This document shows, in pieces, positions 53,776-63,908 of a stretch of 64,000 nt of DNA (position 1 is the first letter of the stretch; each line of letters begins with the position of its first letter). The position numbers were made by a program, and so were the translations under genes. The notes beneath the pieces are model-generated. The model did no database searches and had not been told where the DNA came from. It saw only the letters and a list, made by a program, of their open reading frames with translations. Location: NCBI GenBank assembly GCA_963772995.1, contig CAVYZQ010000005.1, positions 12,409-76,408 of the forward strand. The letters are read 5' to 3'. This DNA is from an uncultured Chloroflexia bacterium. Lineage in GTDB: Bacteria > Chloroflexota > Limnocylindria > Limnocylindrales > CSP1-4.

Positions 53776-53803
53776 GTATCGCCGGGGCCCGACTTCGGAC
53801 CCG

Positions 53804-55016
53804 CTAAACCGCGAAGTGGGCCGAGTACAGCCGAAGAGCTCCCGACACGCCTTTGAGCTCGACGGGCCCGATCTCCCGGTAGTCGATCCCGGGACCGATC
53901 GGAGGCCGTCACGACCTCCTCGCTGACCAGCACCTCGCCCGGTCGCGCGTACTCCGCGATCCGCGAAGCGATGTTGACGGTCTGCCCGAAGTAGTCGCCG
54001 TCCTGGAAGATGACCGGTCCGGCGTGCAGGCCGACGTGTGCGGGCGGCAAGCCCGCGCCTCTCACGCCCTCGATCATCGCCAGCGCCGCCCGGACCCCCG
54101 GCGCGGGGTCGCGAAAATGGATCATGACGCCGTCGCCCAGCCACTTCACCGGACGACCACCGAACGAGACCGCCGTGCGCTGGACGAGTCTCGCAAGGTC
54201 GCCGGCGAGCTCGGCGGCCGCCTGATCGCCGCGCTCCTGGGTGAGCCTCGTATATCCCGTGATGTCCAGGAAGCACATGGCCGGTGGGCGGTTGAGCCGG
54301 CGCTTGATGCCCGAATCCGCGATCGCGGTCTCGAGACTGGCGATGATGTTCGCGCCCCAGACGTGGGACTCCTGCGCGTGGAAGACGGTGATCAGTGCCT
54401 GGTCCACCTGCGCGCTGAATCGCTGGGCCTGCTCCGATCGGTTGAACTCACCCATCTCGACGATCGTCATCCCCGAAGCGACCTGCGCTGCGAGGATCTC
54501 CGAACGCCAGAGCTCCCCCTCGGTCTCGGCGACTCGTCTGAGGCTGTCTCCGGCGACCCGGAACATCCGCTCGATCGCAGCCGGTCGATAGCCGATGCTC
54601 GTCATCGATCGGAGCAATGGCACCAACGTCAGCTCGTCTTCGCGCATGCGGTCATCGGGTGACGGGAAGGCGGCGCCGAACACCTCACGCAAAACCATGA
54701 GCGTGGGCACGGGCAGGCCGGTCCGCGAGGCGACCTGCTCGAAAGTCTCCGAGCTGAGCGCGCTCCATCGCTCGAATGTGGGGGCATCCATGAAGTCGAG
54801 CGAGATCCAGCCCTGTCTGATGGCGTCCGTGAGGTCATCGAGGGCGATCCCTCCCTCGTCCTCGAGGCTCTGGGCCAGCTGCGCGCGCCTCGCATCGGCC
54901 GCCACGAAGCGACCGTCGTGGTCCGGTCTGATGAAGCCGACGGACACCAGGCGATCGACGAAATCGGCGTCGACTCCGGCCCGCTCGGCGAGCTCGATCT
55001 TCGAGAACGTGGTCAT
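53804..55016 (-). pseudogene. Class III adenylate/guanylate cyclase with N-terminal MerR-like HTH, one frame hop near 53890
   Basis: ORF 53667..55016. MTTFSKIELAERAGVDADFVDRLV…; cyclase core MCFLDITGYTRLT…KWLGDGVMIHF…GLHAGPVIFQDGDYFGQTVNIASRI. After the hop the end reads DGPGIDYREIGPVELKGVSGALRLYSAHFAV, with stop at 53804-53806. Confidence 0.8.
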
Positions 55017-55104
55017 CCGCTTAGCCTAGGCGGCTTCAGCGCGGTCGGCGTCGTGCGCTCTGATACGCTGCGAGGGCCGAAGGGCGAGAGGGAGGTTTGC
55101 ACCG

Positions 55105-55386
55105 ATGATGGCCATCTTTGGCGCGCTATTGCCGCGCTTCATGCTGCTTGTTGGCTGGGCCAACGACAAGGCCGGCTGGGAATCGGTGCTGGGCTCGCCG
55201 GTCTGGTTCCTCTTCGGGTTCCTGTTCTTCCCCTGGACGACGCTGATCTACGGCTTCGTCGCGCCCAACGGACTGAGCCTCCTGAACCTGATCTTCCTCG
55301 CGTGCGGGCTGCTGGTCGATCTCGGGACGTGGGGCATCGGGGCTTTCGCGACGCGCAAGCAGGTCAGCTCGTACCGCGGGACCTGA
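55105..55386 (+). CDS. Small integral membrane protein (93 aa)
   Basis: ORF 55105..55386, intact. Three hydrophobic segments (…FMLLVGW…, …VWFLFGFLFFPWTTLIYGF…, …LLNLIFLACGLLVDLGTWGIGAF…). Confidence 0.6.
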   Translation: MMAIFGALLPRFMLLVGWANDKAGWESVLGSPVWFLFGFLFFPWTTLIYGFVAPNGLSLLNLIFLACGLLVDLGTWGIGAFATRKQVSSYRGT

Positions 55387-55401
55387 CCGCGCGCGGGCCG
55401 G

Positions 55402-55897
55402 TCACGCCGCCGGTGGCGGGCTCCGAAGGTCGCCGTCGAACGATGCGAGCACGAAGAGGAAGGCCATCATCGGCCGCGCGAGAAAGAGGATGAACATGAG
55501 CTCCAGCGCGGCGAGCGACCCGGTGAGGATGGCGGACGTCGAGAAGACGATGATCGCGACGTCCAGGCCGATGATCACCCGGACCCATGTGGACATCTCG
55601 ATCTCGGACCCGCGGATCCGCCGGAGCAGGATGAGCGAACCCGCAAGCAAGGTAGGCGAGCCCGATCGAGGCGACGACCCGGACCGTCGTGGCTTCGCTG
55701 TCGACGATCTTCACGATGGGCACGGCCGAGAGGGCGAGCAACGCGTTGCCGAAGGCGAACTCGACGATCTCACGGAGCCGGAACATGTCGATCGACCGAA
55801 GGCCGTCGGACCGGCGCAGACCGGCGACGAGCCCGGCCAGCCCCGCCAGGCTCAGACTCAGTGCCGCGATGGAGAGCAGGAAGGGCAGGTCCGTCAC
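55402..55897 (-). pseudogene. Integral membrane hypothetical protein, one frame hop near 55640
   Basis: GTG 55897 gives MTDLPFLLSIAALSLSLAGLAGLVAGL…ASIGLAYLA (ORF 55364..55897). It continues in ORF 55402..55650 (…LAGSLILLRRIRGSEIEMSTWVRVIIGLDVAIIVFSTSAILTGSLAALELMFILFL…). Confidence 0.6.
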
Positions 55898-56141
55898 GAC
55901 GACCGGGGCAGGGCTCCGCTTGTTGGCGGCTCGGCATCCGAGAGTCGGAAGCGCGCCGCGCCGGCCCGAAGGATATCCGCTCGGTCAGCGGTTCGCGGGT
56001 CCGATCGCCATCGTCGAGGCTTCGTTCGAGTCGCTCGGCGATCGGATGGCCGTGGTGGACAGGCTCAACAGCGAGCCGGAACTGGCCGTATCCGATCGAG
56101 TCCTGCCGCTGGTGGTGTTCATCGACGCACGCGACGCGTAG

Positions 56142-56540
56142 TCAGCCGGCGGCGGCCGCCTCCCCGAGCGCCTGCTCGATCGCCTCGGCGAGACGCGCAC
56201 CGGTCGGGTTGCCCACCAGCGGCGTGATCCCGTGCCGGCCGGCGAGCTCGATCCAATCGGGCTCCATGCCGGTCGCGGTCAGCACGACGGGAACGTCGGG
56301 GTGGATCTCGCGAAGCCCTTCGATCAGGCGCTGGGCGCCATCGGGCTCGCCGGTCGCGAAGGCGTCGTAGACGAGGACGTCGGCCGCTTCGGCCATATCG
56401 CAGTAGCGCCCCGAGAGCACCGGGCAGTGCGCCCCGATGGGGCCGAGGCATTGCTGGACCTCGTAGCCGCGCCGCCGGAGCGAATCGGTCTCCTGGTCGG
56501 CGAGGTCGATGTCATGGTGGACGAGGAGGACCCTGGTCAT
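56142..56540 (-). CDS. Atypical receiver(REC)-like single-domain protein
   Basis: Met 49 of ORF 56142..56684 (ATG 56540). MTRVLLVHHDIDLADQE…VLVYDAF…VVLTATG has a receiver-like beta/alpha pattern. However, it carries a Cys-rich insert (CLGPIGAHCPVLSGRYC) and has no conserved Lys position. Confidence 0.45.
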   Translation of the reverse strand: MTRVLLVHHDIDLADQETDSLRRRGYEVQQCLGPIGAHCPVLSGRYCDMAEAADVLVYDAFATGEPDGAQRLIEGLREIHPDVPVVLTATGMEPDWIELAGRHGITPLVGNPTGARLAEAIEQALGEAAAAG

Positions 56541-56970
56541 CACATCGGCTCCCAATTCGGGTTGATCGACGCAGTCTGGGAGTCGTTCGGACCAGGTGGG
56601 AGGGCCGTGGGTCACATGGATGCGTGCCGAGCGCACCCAACGCTGGGTTGCGTCGCGGCCAGGCGAGGGCGGATGGCGAGCCATGGCGGCACATCGGCCG
56701 GTTGTGGCTGTCGGTCAACACCCTGTGGTCGGGCGCCCGTGCCGGGGTCTCGAACCGCCCGCTCGACCCGCCTCCGTGTCTGCCACGCACGGCCTCGGTG
56801 TCGAATCGGGCCGCAGACGCGCTTCGTTGGCCTGATGCTGACTCCCAGCCACCATAGCGGGACCGGTGACGGCGATCGAGGGCCCTCGTGGAGCCAGTCG
56901 CCTCCGACCAGCAGGCCGGGCGGTACGCTGTCGGCTCACCGACCGTGGGCGGCAACCGGAGGCGAACAGC

Positions 56971-57655
56971 ATGGCATCGACGCTCACGCGGCCGGCGATC
57001 CCCGCGGGGATCACGAGCGGCGGCGTCGTGGCCATCGGCCGACGGATCGCCTCGGACCGTGGCGCGCACATCCTCAGCGGCGCTCGCCGAGGGCGGCGTC
57101 CGCGCCTTCGAGCTGACGTTGAACGAGCCGGAGGCCGAGGCCCTTCGGTCGATCGAGGCCGTGGCGGACGGGGCCGCCGATGCCGGCATGGAACTCGGAG
57201 CCGGCACCGTCCTGTCGATCGAGGCTGCGCAGCGGGCGATCGACGCCGGGGCGACGTTCCTCGTGATGCCGCACCTGGACGCGGAGCTGGTCGGCGTGGG
57301 CGGCGGCCCGTGGCATCCCGGCCTTTCCCGGGGCGGCGACCCCGACCGAGAGTCCTCGCGGCGTGGCGAGCCGGGCGCCGCGGCCGTCAAGCTGTTCCCG
57401 GCCTCGTCGGCCGGTCCCTCGTTCGTTCGAGAGCTTCGCGGGCCATTCCCGGACATCCCGCTGCTGCCGACCGGCGGCGTGACGCTCGAGACCGCCCCGG
57501 CCTTCATCTCCGCCGGTGCCGTGGCGGTCGGGATGGGCGGCTGGCTGCTCGGAGACGGCGACCCCGACGGGATCCGCACGCGGGCGGCGCAGGTCACGGC
57601 GGCCGTCGCCGATGCCCGAGCGAGCCTCGCGCCCGCGCGGACCGGGCGCCCGTGA
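56971..57655 (+). pseudogene. eda: KDPG/KHG aldolase (Eda family), at least 4 frame hops
   Basis: ATG 56971 after GGAGG. …GGVVAI…ALAEGGVRAFELTLN…GAGTVLS…AGATFLV(M)P…AAAVKLFPAS…LLPTGGVT…, from ORFs 56866 and 56888 plus two short out-and-back hops around 57290-57390. Confidence 0.75.
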
Positions 57656-58676
57656 CGGAAGTCGTCACGCTCGGTGAGTGCCTGATCGCGTTCGTCGCCG
57701 AGGAGCCGGGGCCGCTGTCCGAGGCCGCGACGTTCCGCCGGTTCGTCGCGGGCGCCGAGGCGAACGTGGCCGTCGGGCTCGCCCGCCTGGGACACGAGGT
57801 GGCCTACATCGGGCGCGTCGGGGCCGACGGGTTCGGGGACACCATCGCCCGGCGGCTGCGCGGCGAAGGCGTCGATACGACCCACCTCAGCGCCGATCCC
57901 GATGCGCCCACCGCGCTCATGTTTCGCGAGCGGCGGATCCTGGGTCCCGCCCAGGTCGTGTACGCGCGGCGCGGGTCGGCCGGCTCGCGCGTGGACCGCG
58001 CGGACGTCGGGCGCGCGGCCGACGCGGGGATCTTCGACACGGACTCGATGGCTCCACGTGACCGGGATCACCCCCGCGCTCTCGGCCGAGGCGCGCGAGG
58101 CGACCGAGGCCGCGATGCGGCTGGCCCGCGCGCACGGGGCCACCGTCAGCCTCGACCTCAATCTGCGCCGCCGGCTTTGGTCGGACGCCGAGGCGGCTCC
58201 GGTCCTGCGCAGCCTTGCCGCGCTCGCCGACGTGGTGCTGGGAAGCCCGGACGAGCTGGCCGTGCTCGAGGAACGCCCGTCCGAGGTGGGCGCGCGCACC
58301 GACGATGCCGGCGCCGCCGATCGCGCCGCGGACCTCGCTCGCGCCGCCCTCGCGCTCGGCCCCTCCATCGTCGTCGCGAAGCTCGGCGCCGGCGGCAGCC
58401 TCGCGGTCGCACGCGACGATCCCGAGCGAACCGTCACCGCCCCGGCCGTGCCACTCCCGGTGGTCGTGGACCCGGTCGGTGCCGGCGACGCGTTCTGTGC
58501 CGGCTTCATCGCCGCCCGGCTCGAGGGTGCGGACCTCGCCGCTGCTCTGGAGGCCGGCAACGCGTGCGGCGCCGCGGCCGCGGCCACGCTCGGCGACCAG
58601 TCCGGCCTTCCGAGCCGTGCGGAGCTGGCGGCCCTGCTCGATGCCGGGCCGGCGGGCTCTCGACACGATCAGATGA
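57652..58676 (+). pseudogene. kdgK: PfkB-family sugar kinase (2-dehydro-3-deoxygluconokinase-like), at least 2 frame hops
   Basis: GTG 57652 overlaps the eda stop (GTGA). VTLGECLIAFVAEEPGPL…GAEANVAVGLARLG… (frame of ORF 56866), …HVTGITPALS…DPVGAGDAFCAGF… (ORF 57902). Ends ALDTIR with TGA at 58674-58676 (ORF 58215). Confidence 0.75.
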
Positions 58677-59853
58677 GCGACGACATCGACCGCGACGCCC
58701 TGGTCGAGGCGCTGGTCGCCGCCGAGCCCCAGGCGACGCGACCGCCGCGACGACATCCGCATCGTTCGAGCCCCGGGGCGCGTGAACCTGATCGGCGAGC
58801 ACACCGACTACAACGACGGCTTCGTGATGCCGGCCGCCATCGACCTGGAGATCCGGATCGCCTACATGCCGACCGACGATCGCCGGGTCGAGCTCCGCCG
58901 GCTCGACTCGGACGAGCGCGACGGCTTCGACCTCGACGCCCCCCGCACCAAGGGCCTCCACGTGGCTCGACTACGTCGTCGGGACCGCCTGGGCGCTCGA
59001 CGAGGCCGGTCTGCCGCTCACCGGCCTGCGCGGCGTCATCGCCTCTACCCTTCCGCCGAACGCCGGACTCTCCTCGTCGGCCGCGATCGAGCTCGCCTCC
59101 GCGTGGGCGATGCTCGGCGACACCGCGCCCACCGTCGACCGGTACCGCCTCGCCAAGCTCTGCCAGCGAGCGGAGAACGGCTACGTCGGGGTCCAGAGCG
59201 GGCTCATGGACCAGTTCGCCGAATCGTGCGGGCAGGAAGGATCGGCGCTCTTCCTCGATTGCCGTTCCGGCGACTGGCGGGCGATCCCGCTGCCCGACGA
59301 CCTCGCCATCGTCGTCTGCCATACCGGCTCCCCGCGCCACCTCGGCACATCCGAGTACAACCTCCGCCGAAGCCAGTGCGAGGCGGCTGTGGCCGCGATT
59401 CGCCGGCTGGATCCACAGGTCGAGAGCCTCCGTGATGTCACGCCGGAACTGCTCTCCGCCGCGGCGGACCGGCTGACCGACGTCGAGCACGCCCGCGCGG
59501 AGCACGTCGTCACCGAGAACCGCCGGGTCGGCGAGACCGTCGCCGCGCTCGAGGCCGGCGACCTCGAGTCGGTCGGCCGGCTGTTCGCGGAGAGCCATGC
59601 ATCGCTCCGTGACCGCTTCGAGGTCAGTTCGCCGGAGCTGGACGCGATGGTGGCGATCGCGACGTCGGTCCCGGGGGTCGTGGCCGCGCGGATGACCGGC
59701 GCCGGGTTCGGCGGCTGCACGGTCAATCTCGTCAGGCCCGAGGCCGTTGACCCGCTCCGCGCTGCCGTGGAGGCGCGCTACCCACAGATGACCGGGCTGC
59801 GCCCCATGGTCCTGCCGGTCAACGCGACGGACGGTGCCGGCCCCCTTTCCTGA
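58673..59853 (+). pseudogene. galK: Galactokinase, at least 2 frame hops
   Basis: ATG 58673 (ATGA overlap). [22 protein letters not shown] (ORF 58782), [13 protein letters not shown] and MTGAGFGGCTV (ORF 59110..59853). Hops near 58740 and 58955. Confidence 0.85.
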
Positions 59854-60014
59854 GCCGGCCGCGGCGACACATCGGCAGCATCCCGCTCGTCCCTAACCCG
59901 GCGGCCGAGGACCCCCAACCTCGGTTCGTGACGGCCAGCGCGCCGTCATCCGGACGCATGCGGCATCCTTTGCCCGTGGCGTCGCCACCATCGAAGGAGT
60001 CAGTTTCCGTACCC

Positions 60015-63002
60015 ATGTCCGCCAACCGAGCCCCTGCGCGCCCCCGCCGGCGTCGCGACCAGCCGTCCACCCTCGGCTGGATCGCCATCATCGTCTTCGT
60101 GTTCCTGGCAGGCCTCGGGGCGATCGCCGCAATCTCCGCGATCGGCGTGTACACCTCGCTCGCGCAGGACCTCCCCGATCCCCGCACCCTGCAGGACATC
60201 CCGATCGCCCAGGAGTCGATCATCTACGACCGCACGGGCAAGGTTGAGCTCGCCCGGTTCGGCTCGTCGCGGCGTGAGGTCGTCACCTTCGACCAGATCC
60301 CGAAGGTCCTGCTCGATGCGACGACCGCGGTCGAGGACAAGACGTTCTGGGAGAACGCCGGCTTCGACCCCGTGGCCATCGTGTCCGCGGGATTGAGCTC
60401 GATCCGTGGCGACAGCCGGGGAGCGTCCACGATCACCCAGCAGCTCGTGCGCGCCCGACTGCTCGACCCGGAGCTGGTGAAAGATCCGCACCGGACGGCC
60501 GAACGCAAGCTCAAGGAGATCATCCAGTCGATCCGCCTCACCCGCGCGTTCCCGGGCGAGGAGGGCAAGCAGACGATCATCACCGCCTACCTCAACCAGA
60601 ACTACTACGGCAACCAGAGCTACGGCGTGAAGGCGGCGGTCAATTCCTACTTCGGGATCGACCTCTCGAAGATCACGCCGGCCCAGGCCGCCATCATCGC
60701 CGGGCTCCCCAAGTCGCCATCGAACTACGACCTCGTCCGCAACGCCATCGAGAGATGCTCGGTGCCAGTCGCCGAAGGCGACGATTGCCCGCCGGCGAAG
60801 CGGATCCTGGTCGTCCCCGACGACACCACGGTCGTCCAGCGGCGCGACGCCATCCTCGACCTGCTGGCGCAGGGCCGGACACCCGAATCGGGCACGCAAT
60901 ACAGCGCAGTGCAGTTCAAGTCGGCGAAGTCCGACCAGGTGGTCCTGTCCAGCCAGGCCGTGCCGCGCTGGATCGCTCCCCATTTCGTCTGGGCGGTCCG
61001 CGACGAGGTCACGGCGAAGCTGTGCGGCGTCGACGCCGAGACCTGCACGGCCATGGAGAACGGAGGCCTGCGGGTCACGACGACCCTCGACACGCGGCTC
61101 CAGACGATCGCCGAGAAGTGGGTCCAGGCGGCGGCCATCGTGCCCCACGCCAAGAACCCCTCCGCGGCCGCCAAGGCGCTCGGGTTCAAGGACGTCCAGC
61201 CGTGGATGACGAACCTGCGCTCCAAGAACCTGCGGAACGGCGCGCTCGTCGCGCTCGACTACCAGACCGGTGAGTTGGTCGCCTACGTCGGCAGCGCGAA
61301 CTACTACGCGACCTCGAGCCGGGCCGAGTTCCAGCCGCAGTACGACGTCGTCGGCAAGGGCTTCCGCCAGCCGGGGTCAGCGTTCAAGCCGTTCAACTAC
61401 GCGGTCGCCATCAACGACAAGAAGCTGACCGCGGGCTCGATGCTGATGGACGTCGGGACGACCTTCGCCGGCGACTATTCGCCGACCGACGCAGACAACC
61501 TCGAGCGCGGGCCAGTCCGCGTCCGCAACGCCCTCCAGTTCTCGCTCAACATCCCGGCCGTCAAGGCCATGGCCATCAACGGCCCCGACCACGTCTTCAA
61601 CATGGCCGAAGGATTTGGGATGGACTTCGGGGGCCCGCGGACCGCCGACCTCGCTCTCGCCCTCGGCGTCCAGGAGGTTCGCCCGGTCGACCTGGTGACG
61701 GCCTACGGCACTCTCGCCAACGGCGGCAAGTCGATCGGCCACACGACGATCCTCGCCATCAAGGATTCGGCGGGCAAGGACGTCGTCGATCCGTACAAGC
61801 CGCCCGCCGGAAAGCAGGTGATCAGTCCGCAGTCCGCCTGGATCGTCACCGACATCCTCGCGGGCAACACGAACAAGAACGTCAATCCGTTCTGGGGCAA
61901 GTTCGAGATCGACGGCCGCGACGGACGCCGTGCGGCGACCCTCAAGACCGGCACCAACAACGATGCCAAGGACCTCAATGCCTATGGTTATATCGCGCCA
62001 CCGACGGGCGCCGGCCGGACCGACGGCGCCTATGCCCTCGCCGTCGGCGTCTGGGACGGCAACTCGGACAACAGCCTCGTCTCGACGCCGGCCAAGCCGC
62101 TCTTCTCCATCGACGTCTCCACGTACGTCTGGCAGGGTTTTCTGACCGAGGCGTCGCGAAACTGGCCGAGGACCGACTTCGCGCGGCCGGATGGGCTGGT
62201 GAAGGTCGCCATCGATCCGTTCACCGGCCTGCTGCCGGGTCCCGGATCGAAGGCGGTCGACGAGTGGTTCATCGCCGGCACGGAGCCGCGGACCACGCTC
62301 GCTGCGGACACCTGCGGCGCCGACGTCATCGTGCGGGTCGGCTACGAGAAGGATCGCGATACCTGGATGAGCGCGGACCGTGACTGGATCCGCCGAGCCC
62401 TGCGCGGTCCGGGCACGGTCGGCGGTCCAGACAAGACCGCGACCGCGTATTTCTACAACTCAGCGTTCCGTCCTTATGGTGCAACGTGGGGCGTCGTGGT
62501 CTCCAGGGGCTGCGGCCAACCGGCGCCGGCGCCGACCTGCTACATCGTGCCGACACCGGACCCGAGCGGGGTCATCCCTTCCTTCGAGATCCCGCTGGCG
62601 TCGGGCTCCGGACCGGCGCCGGTGCCCTGTCCGACTGCGTCCCCGGAGATCTCGGCGTCACCGTCGGACAGCGTGCCGCCTTCAGAGGAGCCCACGCCGC
62701 CTGCCAGCCGACGGAGCCGCCGACCGAGCCCGCCGACGGAGCCGCCGCGCGACGCCGACTCCGACGCCGACCCCGACGCCGACCCCGACTCCGACCCCGA
62801 CTCCGACACCCACGCCCACGCCCTCGGCGCCGGCTCCGGCGGCATCCGCGCCCGCTGTCGCCTCGGCGCCACCGGGGCGGTGACCGGGCAGGTCTCGACG
62901 ACACCGGCGACTCGTGCGGCGCGGATCACGGCGTCGCGCCGCCCGGCCCCGGCGACCCGGGTATCGGGCCGGCCTGCCGGCGCGCGGATTCCGCCCCCGT
63001 GA
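60015..63002 (+). CDS. Class A penicillin-binding protein (glycosyltransferase GT51 + transpeptidase) with low-complexity C-terminal tail
   Basis: ORF 59928..63002, likely start ATG 60015 (MSANRAPARPRRRR + TM helix). GT51 motifs EDKTFWENAGFD and RGASTITQQL. TP motifs SAFK, SLN and KTGT. The frame of the last ~300 nt is ambiguous (see findings). Confidence 0.9.
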   Translation: MSANRAPARPRRRRDQPSTLGWIAIIVFVFLAGLGAIAAISAIGVYTSLAQDLPDPRTLQDIPIAQESIIYDRTGKVELARFGSSRREVVTFDQIPKVLLDATTAVEDKTFWENAGFDPVAIVSAGLSSIRGDSRGASTITQQLVRARLLDPELVKDPHRTAERKLKEIIQSIRLTRAFPGEEGKQTIITAYLNQNYYGNQSYGVKAAVNSYFGIDLSKITPAQAAIIAGLPKSPSNYDLVRNAIERCSVPVAEGDDCPPAKRILVVPDDTTVVQRRDAILDLLAQGRTPESGTQYSAVQFKSAKSDQVVLSSQAVPRWIAPHFVWAVRDEVTAKLCGVDAETCTAMENGGLRVTTTLDTRLQTIAEKWVQAAAIVPHAKNPSAAAKALGFKDVQPWMTNLRSKNLRNGALVALDYQTGELVAYVGSANYYATSSRAEFQPQYDVVGKGFRQPGSAFKPFNYAVAINDKKLTAGSMLMDVGTTFAGDYSPTDADNLERGPVRVRNALQFSLNIPAVKAMAINGPDHVFNMAEGFGMDFGGPRTADLALALGVQEVRPVDLVTAYGTLANGGKSIGHTTILAIKDSAGKDVVDPYKPPAGKQVISPQSAWIVTDILAGNTNKNVNPFWGKFEIDGRDGRRAATLKTGTNNDAKDLNAYGYIAPPTGAGRTDGAYALAVGVWDGNSDNSLVSTPAKPLFSIDVSTYVWQGFLTEASRNWPRTDFARPDGLVKVAIDPFTGLLPGPGSKAVDEWFIAGTEPRTTLAADTCGADVIVRVGYEKDRDTWMSADRDWIRRALRGPGTVGGPDKTATAYFYNSAFRPYGATWGVVVSRGCGQPAPAPTCYIVPTPDPSGVIPSFEIPLASGSGPAPVPCPTASPEISASPSDSVPPSEEPTPPASRRSRRPSPPTEPPRDADSDADPDADPDSDPDSDTHAHALGAGSGGIRARCRLGATGAVTGQVSTTPATRAARITASRRPAPATRVSGRPAGARIPPP
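62751..62823 (+). repeat. Hexanucleotide (CCGACN-type) tandem repeat in the PBP tail
   Basis: GACGCCGACTCCGACGCCGACCCCGACGCCGACCCCGACTCCGACCCCGACTCCGACACCCACGCCCACGCCC. Reads as DADSDADPDADPDSDPDSD in the open frame and as (PT)n in ORF 62380..62883. Confidence 0.8.
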
Positions 63003-63825
63003 GCGCCGGAGGTGTCGAGGCGTCTGACGGCGCGACCCCGGCGCACCCGGTCATCGACCTGCGCGGCGTCACCGTTCGACGGTCCGGGCCGCACGATCCT
63101 CGGCCCTCTCGACTGGGCCGTGCGCGAGGGCGAGCGCTGGGTCGTCATCGGCCCGAACGGATCGGGCAAGACGACGCTGCTCTCGGTCGCCGGGCTGACG
63201 CTCTGGCCCACGACCGGGACCGTCGACGTGCTGGGTGCCCGCTACGGCCGGATCGACTCGCGCGAGCTGCGTCGGCGGATCGGTGCGGCGGGGACAGCCG
63301 TCGAATCGATGCTCCGCGACGACCTCACGCCGGTCGACCTCGTCGATGAGCGCCCGCCACGCCGCCACCGAGCCGTGGTGGCACGTCTTCACCGACGCCG
63401 ACCGGGAACGGGCTCGCACGCTCCTCGAGGGACTCGGGCTCGAGCGGGTCGAGGACCATGCCTACGGGACGCTCTCGGCCGGCGAGCGCCGGAGGGTTTC
63501 GATCGCCCGGGCGCTCATGCCCGATCCCGACCTGCTGCTGCTCGACGAGCCGGCGGCCAACCTCGACCTCGGCGCACGCGAGACGCTCGTTCGCGACCTC
63601 GCCGGGCTCGCGGTGAGCCCGCGGCCGGCGGCCATCGTGCTCGTCACCCATCACGTCGAGGAGATCCCGCCTGGGTTCGAGCACGCGCTGGTGATCGCCG
63701 ACGGCGCCGTCGTCGCGGCCGGCCCGCTCGACTCCGTCCTCGGCGGTGGTGCCCTCGCGCGTGCGTTCGGCCTCCCGATCGTGGTCGAGCGCCGCGACGG
63801 CCGGACGTGGGCCAGGCTGGGCTGA
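62999..63825 (+). pseudogene. ABC transporter ATP-binding protein (stand-alone ATPase), 2 frame hops
   Basis: GTG 62999 overlaps the PBP stop (GTGA). VIDLRGVTVRRSG, then a hop, then RTILGPLDWAVREGERWVVIGPNGSGKTTLL (Walker A). A further hop near 63345 leads into ORF 63235..63825 (LSAGERRRVSIARAL, LLLLDEPAANLD, LVTHH). Confidence 0.8.
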
Positions 63826-63908
63826 CGAGCCCGACGGGTCCGGGACCGGTCCGCGGCCCCGCGGCCGGGCGACATGCCAACGTCACACGTTCGGGCGATG
63901 ATGCGCAC

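Noticed and set aside
55960-56141. Protein-like tail of ORF 55689..56141 (…FAGPIAIVEASFESLGDRMAVVDRLNSEPELAVSDRVLPLVVFIDARDA)
   Set aside because: Only ~55 codons look non-random. There is no convincing start or RBS and no family resemblance. It may be a fragment, but it is unsupported.
62751-62823. Tandem short repeats here and at 32740-32960, as a possible CRISPR array or minisatellite
   Set aside because: The units are 6 nt (or irregular GC-rich units) with no spacers, and they lie inside ORFs where they encode Pro/Thr-type linkers. They are not CRISPR-like.
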